A DNA stretch of 15,070 nt, taken from NCBI GenBank assembly GCA_965197425.1, contig CBDANC010000004.1, forward strand, positions 1 to 15,070, given 5' to 3'. Below the pieces are notes generated by a model that was not told where the DNA came from, searched no databases, and saw only the letters and a program-made list of their open reading frames with translations. This DNA is from Bdellovibrionales bacterium (GTDB lineage: Bacteria > Bdellovibrionota > Bdellovibrionia > Bdellovibrionales > JAUICD01). The position numbers and the translations under genes are program-made. This document shows, piece after piece, positions 1 through 8,505 of this stretch (position 1 is the stretch's first letter; every line of letters starts with the position of its first letter).

Positions 1-2
1 CA

Positions 3-290
3 CCAGGAGAATTAACTTCTTGTGATACTGATGACCCCAATCTTTTTGATGATATTACTGTCACAGTAGATTTTAATCCTATAGAGGAGAGTCAGCAGAT
101 AGGCACAGTGATTTTATGTCAGGTAAATTCTTATTGCAGGTCTTTTGGAAATGACAGTTACGGTGGTTGTTCTTCGGTAGTAGGTCGTTGGCAAAGGTGT
201 CATAATATTCAACCTACAGGTTCACAAAATTGGGCATACGCGCCAGAGCTAACAAGTAGTCAGGTTCTTGCGATGAAATTACTGATATGA
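3..290 (+). CDS. Upstream segment (5'-partial) of the giant Cys-rich protein, probably joined to 287..5146 by a frameshift near 260-263
   Basis: Frame 3 is open from base 3 (PGELTSCDTDDPNLFDDITVTVDF...AYAPELTSSQ) with composition like the downstream ORF. Frame 2 opens after TAG 257-259 and reads SGSCDEITD directly into the ORF's ATG at 287. Confidence 0.7.
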   Translation, partial: PGELTSCDTDDPNLFDDITVTVDFNPIEESQQIGTVILCQVNSYCRSFGNDSYGGCSSVVGRWQRCHNIQPTGSQNWAYAPELTSSQVLAMKLLI

Positions 291-3200
291 CAGTGGATAG
301 AAGATATGAATTGAATGTGGCTGAATTTTCTATGGCTGGCTATAAATTAAGAGAGCAATTAACAGTTTCTAAATTTTATATTGATGCTAAAAGGCCTGAG
401 ATAAAAAGTAGTATGATTATCAATGATGCTGTGGGAACACCTGATGACGGCGGTGTAGGCAATCGTAATTACACAGTGCCTCGTACCAATTGGGTAATAC
501 CTCCTGATGCAGATCCTGATAAATGGATTCAGTGCAATCAAGACACAGTAGAATTTAAATCTGATGTAGATGATCAGTTTATTCATAATTTATTAGAGGA
601 GTGTGATGTCACAGGCCAAAAAGAAGATGGAATTGGTGTATCTTCTACATCTCCTACAGCTAGCACTTCATTTTGTGGAGGGGAATTGACTGCGCCTGAT
701 CAAGGTCGACAAACTATTACAGTTACTCCCAAAGATAGTTGCGGCATAAGTACCAACACTGACGATTTAGTGTGGGATACAGATTTACCCAGCTTGTTTG
801 AAACTAAGGATTTTCAGGATGACCCTCGTAAGTGGTTTACAAATACAAGTGGAAGTGCTTACACTATTCAAACAGAGCTACCTGCAAGGACAACTGCAGG
901 AGAATTTCCAAAACATTATTCTGTCGATTGTAATGATAATTTTATGGACAATAGAGAGAGAGAAGATGGTGATGGTGGTCAGTTGGATTGCCAGCTGTTA
1001 AGTAGCAATCCTGATCATGATGATGGTTGTAATCCGATTGAGATGTCCAGTAAGTATTACCATGTTTGTGGTGGAGCTGGAACTTGTGAAGATTTGGAGT
1101 GGGCTGTTTATACTCCACTGACAGAAGACTGCACTAATGTTCAATGTGAGCCAGGAGATATCTGTTGTGAGAATCATCCAGATAAGATTTGTGCTATAAA
1201 TCGTTGTTATGCACCAGTTAGCTCTCCAGGATGTACAAATCCTAAGGGTGGTAGCAGTCAAGATGGAGCCTCTGGTTGTTCTGATCTAGGACTCTACAAT
1301 TGCCATTATGACCTTCCTTGTAACGCAACTAATCCGGGTCCTTTGACGGGCGCTAGTAGTTATTGCATAGGTAAAAGACAAGGACTTCCTGATACTTGTA
1401 GTTTTTCAGTAACAGGAACATGTACTCCTAATTCAAACACCAGTTGGCAATTTTCTACGATCAATAACTCTGGAGCTGGAACTTGTAGTTTTAGTGGAAC
1501 AAGTTACACAGAAGCATGTAATCCTACTATAGATACCCAATGTGTGGGTATTGATGAATACAGAGCTGTTGCTGTTCCTTGTAGTGGGACTAACACAGGA
1601 ACATGTCAACTAGTTGGTGGTAATAAGAGGTGTAGTGTTGGTAACGGGCCTTGCGCTACAGTTGGCTCGTCTTGTACAACAACAGTCAATGGAACATGTA
1701 ATCCCAATGCAGGTACAAGCTGGCAAAGCTTTCAACCAAGTACAGCTGGAACTTGCAGTGTTAATAACTCATCGTGTACAGTTAATATAGATACTCGATG
1801 CACAGATGAATATAGGCTTGTCTCAAATGATTGTCCTAGGACTTTTTCTGGGACGTGTGGAGTGCCAGTTGGAGGTTGCAGCGCAAAGGACGAAGGTGGA
1901 GGGAACTTATCTCAGGAGCAATGTGATCCTAGAGGGTCTTCATGCAATCCTTCTCCTATTTGTTTATCAGCTGAAAGATGCTGTGACCATCTTGGTGATA
2001 CTTTTCAAACAAATCCAACTCATTGCCCTTCTGATTGTGTTAATAGGCATGGGAAGGCTTGTTGTACAGCCACAGATGGAGGAAACTGTACAGGGCAGCT
2101 TTGTTGCCAAGCTGTAGGATCATGTCAATTTAGAGAGCTTGCTGGTGATGGGACTTGTAGACCCACTTGTGAATATTTAGCAAAAGAAAGCGGATATGGT
2201 TATGGAGCTGATGGTCAAAAAGGTACAGATGATGATACTTTTATATGGACAACAAATACTTGCGCATATCTCAATACGCAACAACTTTGGGGTTCTGATA
2301 ATTGGATTACAATCCCTCTTATAGGTGGCAAAGAGACTCAAGAATTTGTTAGTAATGGTAATACAGGAGAATGCTGTGGAAGACCACCACCTGGACCTGA
2401 CTGTAAACCAGGTGATGAACATCCAGACTTAGGAAGAGGAGGAACCAACGATAAATGTCCAGTGAATGGAGAATGTGGTAGCGGTACTGATCCTCGTATC
2501 CCTCCATGTGATCTTGGAGATGAAGCTCCAGATCCTGATAACCCTACTGATCCTAATAAATGGATATGTGAAGGTAAAAATGATGGAGATGATAGTGAGA
2601 TTTGTGGTGATTGCGATCCGACCAGTGGTGAATGTTGTCAGGGTGATAAGCATTCACAAAATGGAGGAAGTAATGATAACTGTCCTCTAGATGGAAAATG
2701 TGGCGATGGTGATGGTGGGAATTGGTGCACTAAGGGAAGTCTAGATCCAAACACTCCAATGAGTGCGGCTACTCTTGCTACTCAAAAATGGAATTGTTTA
2801 GGTATAGATGGAGAGTCGGCTGAAGGTTGTTGTCATTCTTCAAATCTCTCTTGTGTTCCAAGACCTATAGTTGGAAAGTGCGGCAAACCGTGTGAAGAAG
2901 GAACTGAGAAAAAGAATAATGATGGCACACATATATGTGAAGGTGAAGGAGGTGATAGCCCCATTTGTCCACTCGATGGAGAGTGCAGCAAGACTGGATG
3001 TTCTAGTGGCACTTCAAATCCAGCTAAGATTCCACTTACTAGTCCTGAAGGAAAATGGAGATGCTTAGGTATAGGAGGAGGAAAAAGTGCTCCTGATGAT
3101 AGTGATCCTAATAAACCTTGTCCAAGAAAAGGAAAGTGCAGTGATAGTGGATGTGAAGTTGGAAAGAAAACAGAACCATCTCCTCCAGATGGAACGTGGA

Positions 3201-5146
3201 TATGTGAAGGTATAGGCGATGGAGGTCGTAGTGGCACTTGCGGAGGTTGTGGTCCTGCTCCTGTAGATGGAGCTTGTAGTGCCACTGGATGTGCTGCTGG
3301 AGAGCAAGAGCCACCTGGAGGAACAACATGGATATGTAAAGGTGAAAACGGTTACAGTCTAGACAGTAATGGAGCATGTAATTCAGCTACAGGCAGTGAT
3401 AGTGGAAGCTGTGGAGAGTGTTCACCACCAGCACTCAAAGGAGTGTGTGGTGATGGTAATGGGAATTGGTGTAAGCAAGGGGACGAAGACCCATCAACTC
3501 CTCCTAGAGCTGATGGAACATGGACATGTAAAGGCACTACTGGTCAAGAGAAACAAGGTGGGGTATGTGCTTCAGCTACAGGAAGTGATGATTCATGCCC
3601 TGCTCCTCCAATTAAGGGAAAGTGTGGTGACAATACAGGTCATGTAGGAGATACAGATCCACGCTGCGCTCCAGGAACTCCAGAGCCTTCAAGCCTTACA
3701 AATCCTGCAACATGGATATGTAAGGGTGAAAACAACGGGGGTGATAGTCCAACTTGCGGATGTAATCCAAGTAGTGACTGTTGTGGTCAAACTTATGCAG
3801 ATAACCCTGATCATTGTCGTCGTCATGTTACAGACGGAAAGTGTGCAGGTGGATCTTATGATCATGATACAAATGCAGGTACTTGTGGAGAAGGTACTCC
3901 TCATCAACTTGCTAGTACATCAGAAAAACATTGCTGGGAATGTAGAGGTACAAATGAAGGGAAAACAGATCGAAATGGATGTTGTCATGATATATGCGCA
4001 TGTGGAACCTGTAGAGTTGGAAATTCAACTTGCCCTACACCAGCATGTAATACAGGTGCTGGATGTAATAATTGTGCTGGTAATGGCAGCGGTAATGATA
4101 CAGATTGTTGCAGTAAGGGTGTTTTCATCCCTGGTCCACCAGATGGTACTAATCAATGCAATTGGACCTGTAGAAAATCCAGTGCTGATAGTTCTGACCA
4201 AGCTTCATGCACAGCTCCAATAGAACAACCAGAATGCGGTACTGCTGATGGTGCTGATGATGGATGTAATAACTGTGCTCGCTCAGGTAGCAATGGTGCT
4301 GCAGGTTGTTGTGCTCCAGGTAGTTTTTTCCACGGTCATCCAGGAGATGATCCTAAAGGAACATCAAATAGACAATGCAATTGGACTTGTAGAAAGTCTC
4401 CCAGTAGTTCTACTGGCGCAGCCGAGTGCTCGGCTCCATTTCCTGTTGATCCACCACCTAAATGCGCTTGCGCTTCTTCTCCTACTCCTTCCTGTGGCGG
4501 TAACTCTTTACATAATACCCAAAATACAACATGTTGCGCAAAGGGTTACATCGATTCCTCTCCAGCAGATACAACATCAGAATATAACTGGACTTGTGCA
4601 GAAGAGCCTTCAGGAGGAGGAACTAAGGTTTGTGAAACTAATGACAGCTGTTCTTTGGGGATACAAACATGTACTGGCGATACTGAGTTTGCAACTAAGG
4701 CTGAATGTGAGGCAGTCATGCCTGATCAATATTATTGTTATCATCATAGTAGTGGTTGTTACAGATGGAAAAATCAGTGTGAAGAACCTGAGTTTCCTAC
4801 TCAGACTTGTAATGTCGCAGCTGGTCTTCATTATAGGCTTCATAGAACTGATGACGAATGTTACAACGATCATCAAGGTAGTTGTCCTCCGGGTTCAGAT
4901 CCTGCATGTGGCGGCAATGGGGAGTGTTTTGAAATGATAGCATGTGGTAGTGCAGGTCAGCGTGTTACTAATTTTATTTGTGGTCAGTGTGCTACAAGAG
5001 CAAATGGTTGTATAGAAGGAATTTTCAGTGATAATCCACCAGATACATCAACACATTATAAATGGAGGTGTTATAACGAACCACGTACTGGATCGAGTCA
5101 ATATTGTAATGGTACACTATGGGATGACTGTAATGCAGCCAAATAA
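287..5146 (+). CDS. Giant Cys/Gly/Asp/Thr/Pro-rich repeat protein (>=1619 aa), probably a disulfide-bonded extracellular or surface protein; true N-terminus likely lies upstream of the window
   Basis: 4.86-kb uninterrupted ORF. About 13 modules of the type GxC..C..WxCxGxxGG..C from ~2459 onward, plus an internal duplicated segment GTCxPNxxTSWQ...AGTCS...IDTxC..DEYR. No obvious RBS or signal peptide at 287. Confidence 0.9.
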   Translation: MTVDRRYELNVAEFSMAGYKLREQLTVSKFYIDAKRPEIKSSMIINDAVGTPDDGGVGNRNYTVPRTNWVIPPDADPDKWIQCNQDTVEFKSDVDDQFIHNLLEECDVTGQKEDGIGVSSTSPTASTSFCGGELTAPDQGRQTITVTPKDSCGISTNTDDLVWDTDLPSLFETKDFQDDPRKWFTNTSGSAYTIQTELPARTTAGEFPKHYSVDCNDNFMDNREREDGDGGQLDCQLLSSNPDHDDGCNPIEMSSKYYHVCGGAGTCEDLEWAVYTPLTEDCTNVQCEPGDICCENHPDKICAINRCYAPVSSPGCTNPKGGSSQDGASGCSDLGLYNCHYDLPCNATNPGPLTGASSYCIGKRQGLPDTCSFSVTGTCTPNSNTSWQFSTINNSGAGTCSFSGTSYTEACNPTIDTQCVGIDEYRAVAVPCSGTNTGTCQLVGGNKRCSVGNGPCATVGSSCTTTVNGTCNPNAGTSWQSFQPSTAGTCSVNNSSCTVNIDTRCTDEYRLVSNDCPRTFSGTCGVPVGGCSAKDEGGGNLSQEQCDPRGSSCNPSPICLSAERCCDHLGDTFQTNPTHCPSDCVNRHGKACCTATDGGNCTGQLCCQAVGSCQFRELAGDGTCRPTCEYLAKESGYGYGADGQKGTDDDTFIWTTNTCAYLNTQQLWGSDNWITIPLIGGKETQEFVSNGNTGECCGRPPPGPDCKPGDEHPDLGRGGTNDKCPVNGECGSGTDPRIPPCDLGDEAPDPDNPTDPNKWICEGKNDGDDSEICGDCDPTSGECCQGDKHSQNGGSNDNCPLDGKCGDGDGGNWCTKGSLDPNTPMSAATLATQKWNCLGIDGESAEGCCHSSNLSCVPRPIVGKCGKPCEEGTEKKNNDGTHICEGEGGDSPICPLDGECSKTGCSSGTSNPAKIPLTSPEGKWRCLGIGGGKSAPDDSDPNKPCPRKGKCSDSGCEVGKKTEPSPPDGTWICEGIGDGGRSGTCGGCGPAPVDGACSATGCAAGEQEPPGGTTWICKGENGYSLDSNGACNSATGSDSGSCGECSPPALKGVCGDGNGNWCKQGDEDPSTPPRADGTWTCKGTTGQEKQGGVCASATGSDDSCPAPPIKGKCGDNTGHVGDTDPRCAPGTPEPSSLTNPATWICKGENNGGDSPTCGCNPSSDCCGQTYADNPDHCRRHVTDGKCAGGSYDHDTNAGTCGEGTPHQLASTSEKHCWECRGTNEGKTDRNGCCHDICACGTCRVGNSTCPTPACNTGAGCNNCAGNGSGNDTDCCSKGVFIPGPPDGTNQCNWTCRKSSADSSDQASCTAPIEQPECGTADGADDGCNNCARSGSNGAAGCCAPGSFFHGHPGDDPKGTSNRQCNWTCRKSPSSSTGAAECSAPFPVDPPPKCACASSPTPSCGGNSLHNTQNTTCCAKGYIDSSPADTTSEYNWTCAEEPSGGGTKVCETNDSCSLGIQTCTGDTEFATKAECEAVMPDQYYCYHHSSGCYRWKNQCEEPEFPTQTCNVAAGLHYRLHRTDDECYNDHQGSCPPGSDPACGGNGECFEMIACGSAGQRVTNFICGQCATRANGCIEGIFSDNPPDTSTHYKWRCYNEPRTGSSQYCNGTLWDDCNAAK

Positions 5147-5223
5147 TGAAACTTTCTAAATTAAGATCATTTCCACGCTGGTATTCTCGTGCCATTTCTA
5201 ATATAAGCTATTTGTTGAGAAGG

Positions 5224-5571
5224 TTTAGGTTTCATTCTCAAATGCAAAAGTCTTTAGGTTTCATTCTCAAATGCAAAAGTCTTTAGGTTTCATTCTCAAA
5301 TGCAAAAGTCTTTAGGTTTCATTCTCAAATGCAAAAGTCTTTAGGTTTCATTCTCAAATGCAAAAGTCTTTAGGTTTCATTCTCAAATGCAAAAGTCTTT
5401 AGGTTTCATTCTCAAATGCAAAAGTCTTTAGGTTTCATTCTCAAATGCAAAAGTCTTTAGGTTTCATTCTCAAATGCAAAAGTCTTTAGGTTTCATTCTC
5501 AAATGCAAAAGTCTTTAGGTTTCATTCTCAAATGCAAAAGTCTTTAGGTTTCATTCTCAAATGCAAAAGTC
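5224..5571. repeat. Perfect tandem repeat, 12 x 29 bp (TTTAGGTTTCATTCTCAAATGCAAAAGTC), no spacers
   Basis: Units start at 5224, 5253, 5282 ... 5543 and are all identical. The unit length is not a multiple of 3 and stops recur on both strands, so it is non-coding. Confidence 0.97.
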
Positions 5572-6437
5572 ATAACCTCAATAGACTTTAAGGTTAAGGT
5601 TAAATAACAAAAATAGGTTAATTATAATATCTTTTACTCAGTTACAGTATATAATCTTACTATTTTGAGTTAATAGAGAAGCTTGTATACACTTATAAGT
5701 TATCACTCATAAAACCTGTCATGGAAAAAAGTATTTGATAGGTATTGTCTTTTAAAGTGAATTACAATGCATTAAAAAAAAAGAAGATGACTGTATTCCA
5801 ATTGCCTAATATTGAGCTTTTAGCAAAACTTTTCTTCCAAAGAACACAGTCACCTCTTTACTCATTGCTTTATCTAAGAATAAGGGTATTTTCATCAAAT
5901 GTCATTAGACCAAACGTAGGTATTTTACTTAATTACTTAAAATAGATTAGGGCTCATATTACCTAAAATAAACTGGCTTTTTAAGATGAGCCTCTGACCA
6001 TTTTTATTTCTCTGGGATTTTGGCAGCCAAGGCAATCTTAGGATCAGTTCCCTTAAACTGATTCCAGTTTGTTAAGTTACTAGATTTTATAAAAAAATAG
6101 AAAATAAGAGTATTCTTCATTTTTCTGAGTATAAAGGTAAGGAAGTCATGCTTTTAAAAATTTAAAAAATAAGAATTGAGATGAGGAGCAATTTATGGTA
6201 AAAGTTAGCGTTCTTTATGGATGTATCATATAATAAAAGTAAGTAAAAATGGTCTAATAAAATAAGTTTTTGCATTATACAACACATTAAGAGCTGAAAT
6301 GGTAAATTTTCGTTGCTTAAGAAACCTGGCAGTTTGGCAACTATTTCAAGGGCTTTGTTGCTTGTTTGCCTGAAAAAGCAGTTATTTATAACAATTTAAG
6401 ATTTTGTCAGATGGCTTTTAGATAAGGACTTTAAAGT

Positions 6438-7004
6438 ATGAAAAAAGATGAAGTGACAATTCAAATACAAGGCACACCAAATCCTCAGGCTAAAAAGTTT
6501 ATTTTTAATACACAGCTTGTTGAAGAGCCTGTGGAGTTTGTGGATGGTCTGTCAGCAAATGCCTCTCCTCTAGCTTCTAAAATATTTGGATTTCCATGGG
6601 CAAGCTGTGTTTATATTGGAGAAAACTTTGTTTCTATCACAAAACAGGATTGGGTAGACTGGGAGTTGTTACAAGAACCTATCTCTCAATTGCTTTTAGA
6701 TCATATAAAGTCGGAAGAGCCTATTATCATAAAAGAATCTGTGTTTAATGGGACGTCAGATATCTTAGATTCAGATACAGAGGAAGTCCAAAAAATCAAA
6801 ACGATTATTAATAGAGATATTCGTCCTTTTGTAGCTATGGATGGAGGAGATATTACTTTTAGTAAATACGAGGATCACATTGTGTATGTTGCGATGAGAG
6901 GTGCTTGTAGTGGATGTCCTAGCTCTCAAGCAACTCTTAAGAGCGGAGTAGAAAAGCTTTTAAAGCAAGCTCTCCCTGAAATCCAAGGAGTGGTTGCTAC
7001 TTAA
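6438..7004 (+). CDS. nfuA: NfuA/NifU-family Fe-S cluster carrier (Nfu N-terminal scaffold domain + NifU C-terminal domain)
   Basis: N-terminal TPNP motif. C-terminal IRPFVAMDGGDI...GACSGCPSSQATLKSGVE with the CxxC motif. AAGGA RBS upstream. Confidence 0.9.
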   Translation: MKKDEVTIQIQGTPNPQAKKFIFNTQLVEEPVEFVDGLSANASPLASKIFGFPWASCVYIGENFVSITKQDWVDWELLQEPISQLLLDHIKSEEPIIIKESVFNGTSDILDSDTEEVQKIKTIINRDIRPFVAMDGGDITFSKYEDHIVYVAMRGACSGCPSSQATLKSGVEKLLKQALPEIQGVVAT

Positions 7005-7034
7005 ACTTAATACTTGCTGGATGAGAGGGTAGCC

Positions 7035-7637
7035 TTATAACTGCTTGTTTTCAGTTGTTTGGTCCCATGCAAAAGATCGAATAATATTATTACATTCTCT
7101 TAGAGAGTTTTGGAATGAACTGACATTATCAATACAAGTTAGGATAACAGCTTTCTCCCTTCTTTTGAAAAATACAACTTGTCGCACTTGTTTTTCAGTT
7201 TTTGTATTTTTGACATCTATAACATAGCTAACTTCTTTTTTGTGTTGAAAGGGTCTTGATCCTAAAACGCGGTAGCCTAACTTTGCATAGTCTCCCATCC
7301 ATTGCTCGACATATTCCTTAATGTTTTTAGCTGTGCCGACATTTTTATCTACTCTTACTGTCATGATAGGTTGAAAGCCGTTTGTAACAACTGGAGACCT
7401 AAATAAGAGATGGATATTTTTTTTATCCTCTGGTGTGGGAGAGTTAAACCATGAGGTATCTAATTGGCTGAAAAGAAACCCTTCATCACTCCTCAGTGTT
7501 TGAAATGTTTTAGATTCTGGATCAGAGGGTTTAGGTGCATCTGGTGCTGCAGAAGCGACTGCAGAGATTAAGATAAATGATGTGAATAAATATGTACAAG
7601 CTTTTAGGTAATGTTGTGATTGTTTTTTATTTTCCAT
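7035..7637 (-). CDS. Secreted hypothetical protein, possibly PsbP/DcrB-like fold
   Basis: 200-aa ORF with signal-peptide-like N-terminus (LFTSFILISAVASA|APD) and GAGGGAG RBS upstream. The C-terminal pattern (RQVVFF...AVILTC...FQNSLRECNNIIRSFAW) resembles PsbP-like proteins; the fold call is inference. Confidence 0.7.
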   Translation of the reverse strand: MENKKQSQHYLKACTYLFTSFILISAVASAAPDAPKPSDPESKTFQTLRSDEGFLFSQLDTSWFNSPTPEDKKNIHLLFRSPVVTNGFQPIMTVRVDKNVGTAKNIKEYVEQWMGDYAKLGYRVLGSRPFQHKKEVSYVIDVKNTKTEKQVRQVVFFKRREKAVILTCIDNVSSFQNSLRECNNIIRSFAWDQTTENKQL

Positions 7638-7895
7638 TGTTCTCCCTCAGTTTTTGATGTTTTTTGTATTGAGTTTATTTCATTTAAGCAAATTTTATAG
7701 ACTTTGGAAAGTACAATTTGATGTAAAATATTTATAAAATCCGAAGAAAATGAAAAAAATGGATATAACCAGTAGATATAATCAGAAAAAACCCTATTTA
7801 ATAAGAGTTGAGTGGATTTAAAATGGTCTAAAATCCAGTAAACAGAAGATTGTTTTTTTAGAAAAAACAGAGAAAAAATCTTTGAAGCAATGACT

Positions 7896-7987
7896 TTGAT
7901 GTTTTAAGCCAATCCTCGAAGTCCTCGATTAATCGCTTTGTAAGCGATCAATCTGCGGAAGATCTCGTCTTTGGCTTAAAATATCAA
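7896..7987. repeat. Palindromic structured element, family A copy 1
   Basis: 17-bp arms TTGATGTTTTAAGCCAA (7896-7912) / TTGGCTTAAAATATCAA (7971-7987). Core TCGAAGTCCTC-[GATTAATCGCTT tgt AAGCGATCAATC]-TGCGGAAGA. Homologous to 11481-11556. Confidence 0.85.
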
Positions 7988-8030
7988 CTCTTAACTCTAA
8001 ACTCTCAGCGATTTCCTTGCTCTATAAATC

Positions 8031-8128
8031 ACTAAAAATGCTCTAGCCTCTGGCCACTTTTTGGCAGCCAGCCGAAGGCTATCGCCTTCTCAAATGCTGG
8101 CTACCTAAAAAGCCTGAGCATTTTTAGT
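8031..8128 (-). repeat. Palindromic structured element, family B copy 1
   Basis: Perfect 13-bp arms ACTAAAAATGCTC / GAGCATTTTTAGT, with nested stems GGCAGCCAGC/GCTGGCTACC and GAAGGC/GCCTTC. Its reverse complement aligns end to end with 8387-8490. Confidence 0.85.
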
Positions 8129-8148
8129 AAGGAGGATCTTCTCATCTC

Positions 8149-8366
8149 TTAATACCATGTTAAGGAAATCGTAAGAAATTGTATGTTGAGTACATCTAAG
8201 ATGATTTATGTAGGAAGCGGCGCAAGCGAAGCTTGCGTGGGAATTAACATTTTGTTAAACGACGAGGGGTATCTGTTCTACTAAAAATAAACGGATGGCA
8301 AGCCTCTTTGAGGATTGCCCATGTGGATAAATGAGGCAATGACCATTTTCCTTAACATTATATTAA
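8149..8366. mobile_element. MITE-like element (~218 bp) with 20-bp terminal inverted repeats
   Basis: Left TTAATACCATGTTAAGGAAA (8149-8168) matches the reverse complement of 8347-8366 at 18/20. Internal hairpins CGCAAGC-GAA-GCTTGCG, TTAACA-TTT-TGTTAA and GGCAAGCCTC-TTT-GAGGATTGCC. No ORF. Confidence 0.6.
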
Positions 8367-8386
8367 AGAACGAAGGCATCCTGCCT

Positions 8387-8490
8387 ACTAAAATGCATCC
8401 TGCTTTCTAGGCATTGCCTTATTTGCCAAACGGCGTGAGCCAGTTTGGAGGCAATGCCAGAAAGTCGCCAGAGGCGAGAGGCATTTTAGT
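8387..8490 (+). repeat. Palindromic structured element, family B copy 2 (may also act as the mutY 3' hairpin)
   Basis: Arms ACTAAAATGC / GCATTTTAGT. Stems CTTTCT(A)GGCATTGCCT / AGGCAATGCCAGAAAG and CCAAAC-GGC-GTGA-GCC-A-GTTTGG, plus side hairpin TCGCC-AGA-GGCGA. Confidence 0.85.
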
Positions 8491-8505
8491 GATACAGAGG
8501 CTGGT

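Noticed and set aside
3726..4937. Long alternative-frame ORFs (3726-4223, 4248-4937) and other ORFs nested in or antisense to the giant gene
   Set aside because: V/L/M/I-rich shadow ORFs expected from the host gene's biased codon usage, with no recognisable motifs or RBS.
5224..5571. CRISPR array (29-bp unit containing GTTTCATT, reminiscent of GTTTCAAT ends)
   Set aside because: Units are directly head-to-tail with no spacers, and there are no cas genes in the window.
5690..5945. ORF 5745-5945 and a possible decayed minus-strand reading frame
   Set aside because: No recognisable motif or RBS. The minus frame has multiple stops and I cannot assign homology.
7913..7965. HDV-like ribozyme suggested by GTCCTCG and CTGCGGAA in family A
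   Set aside because: I can only form nested stems, not the P1/P2/P3 double pseudoknot that HDV-like ribozymes require.
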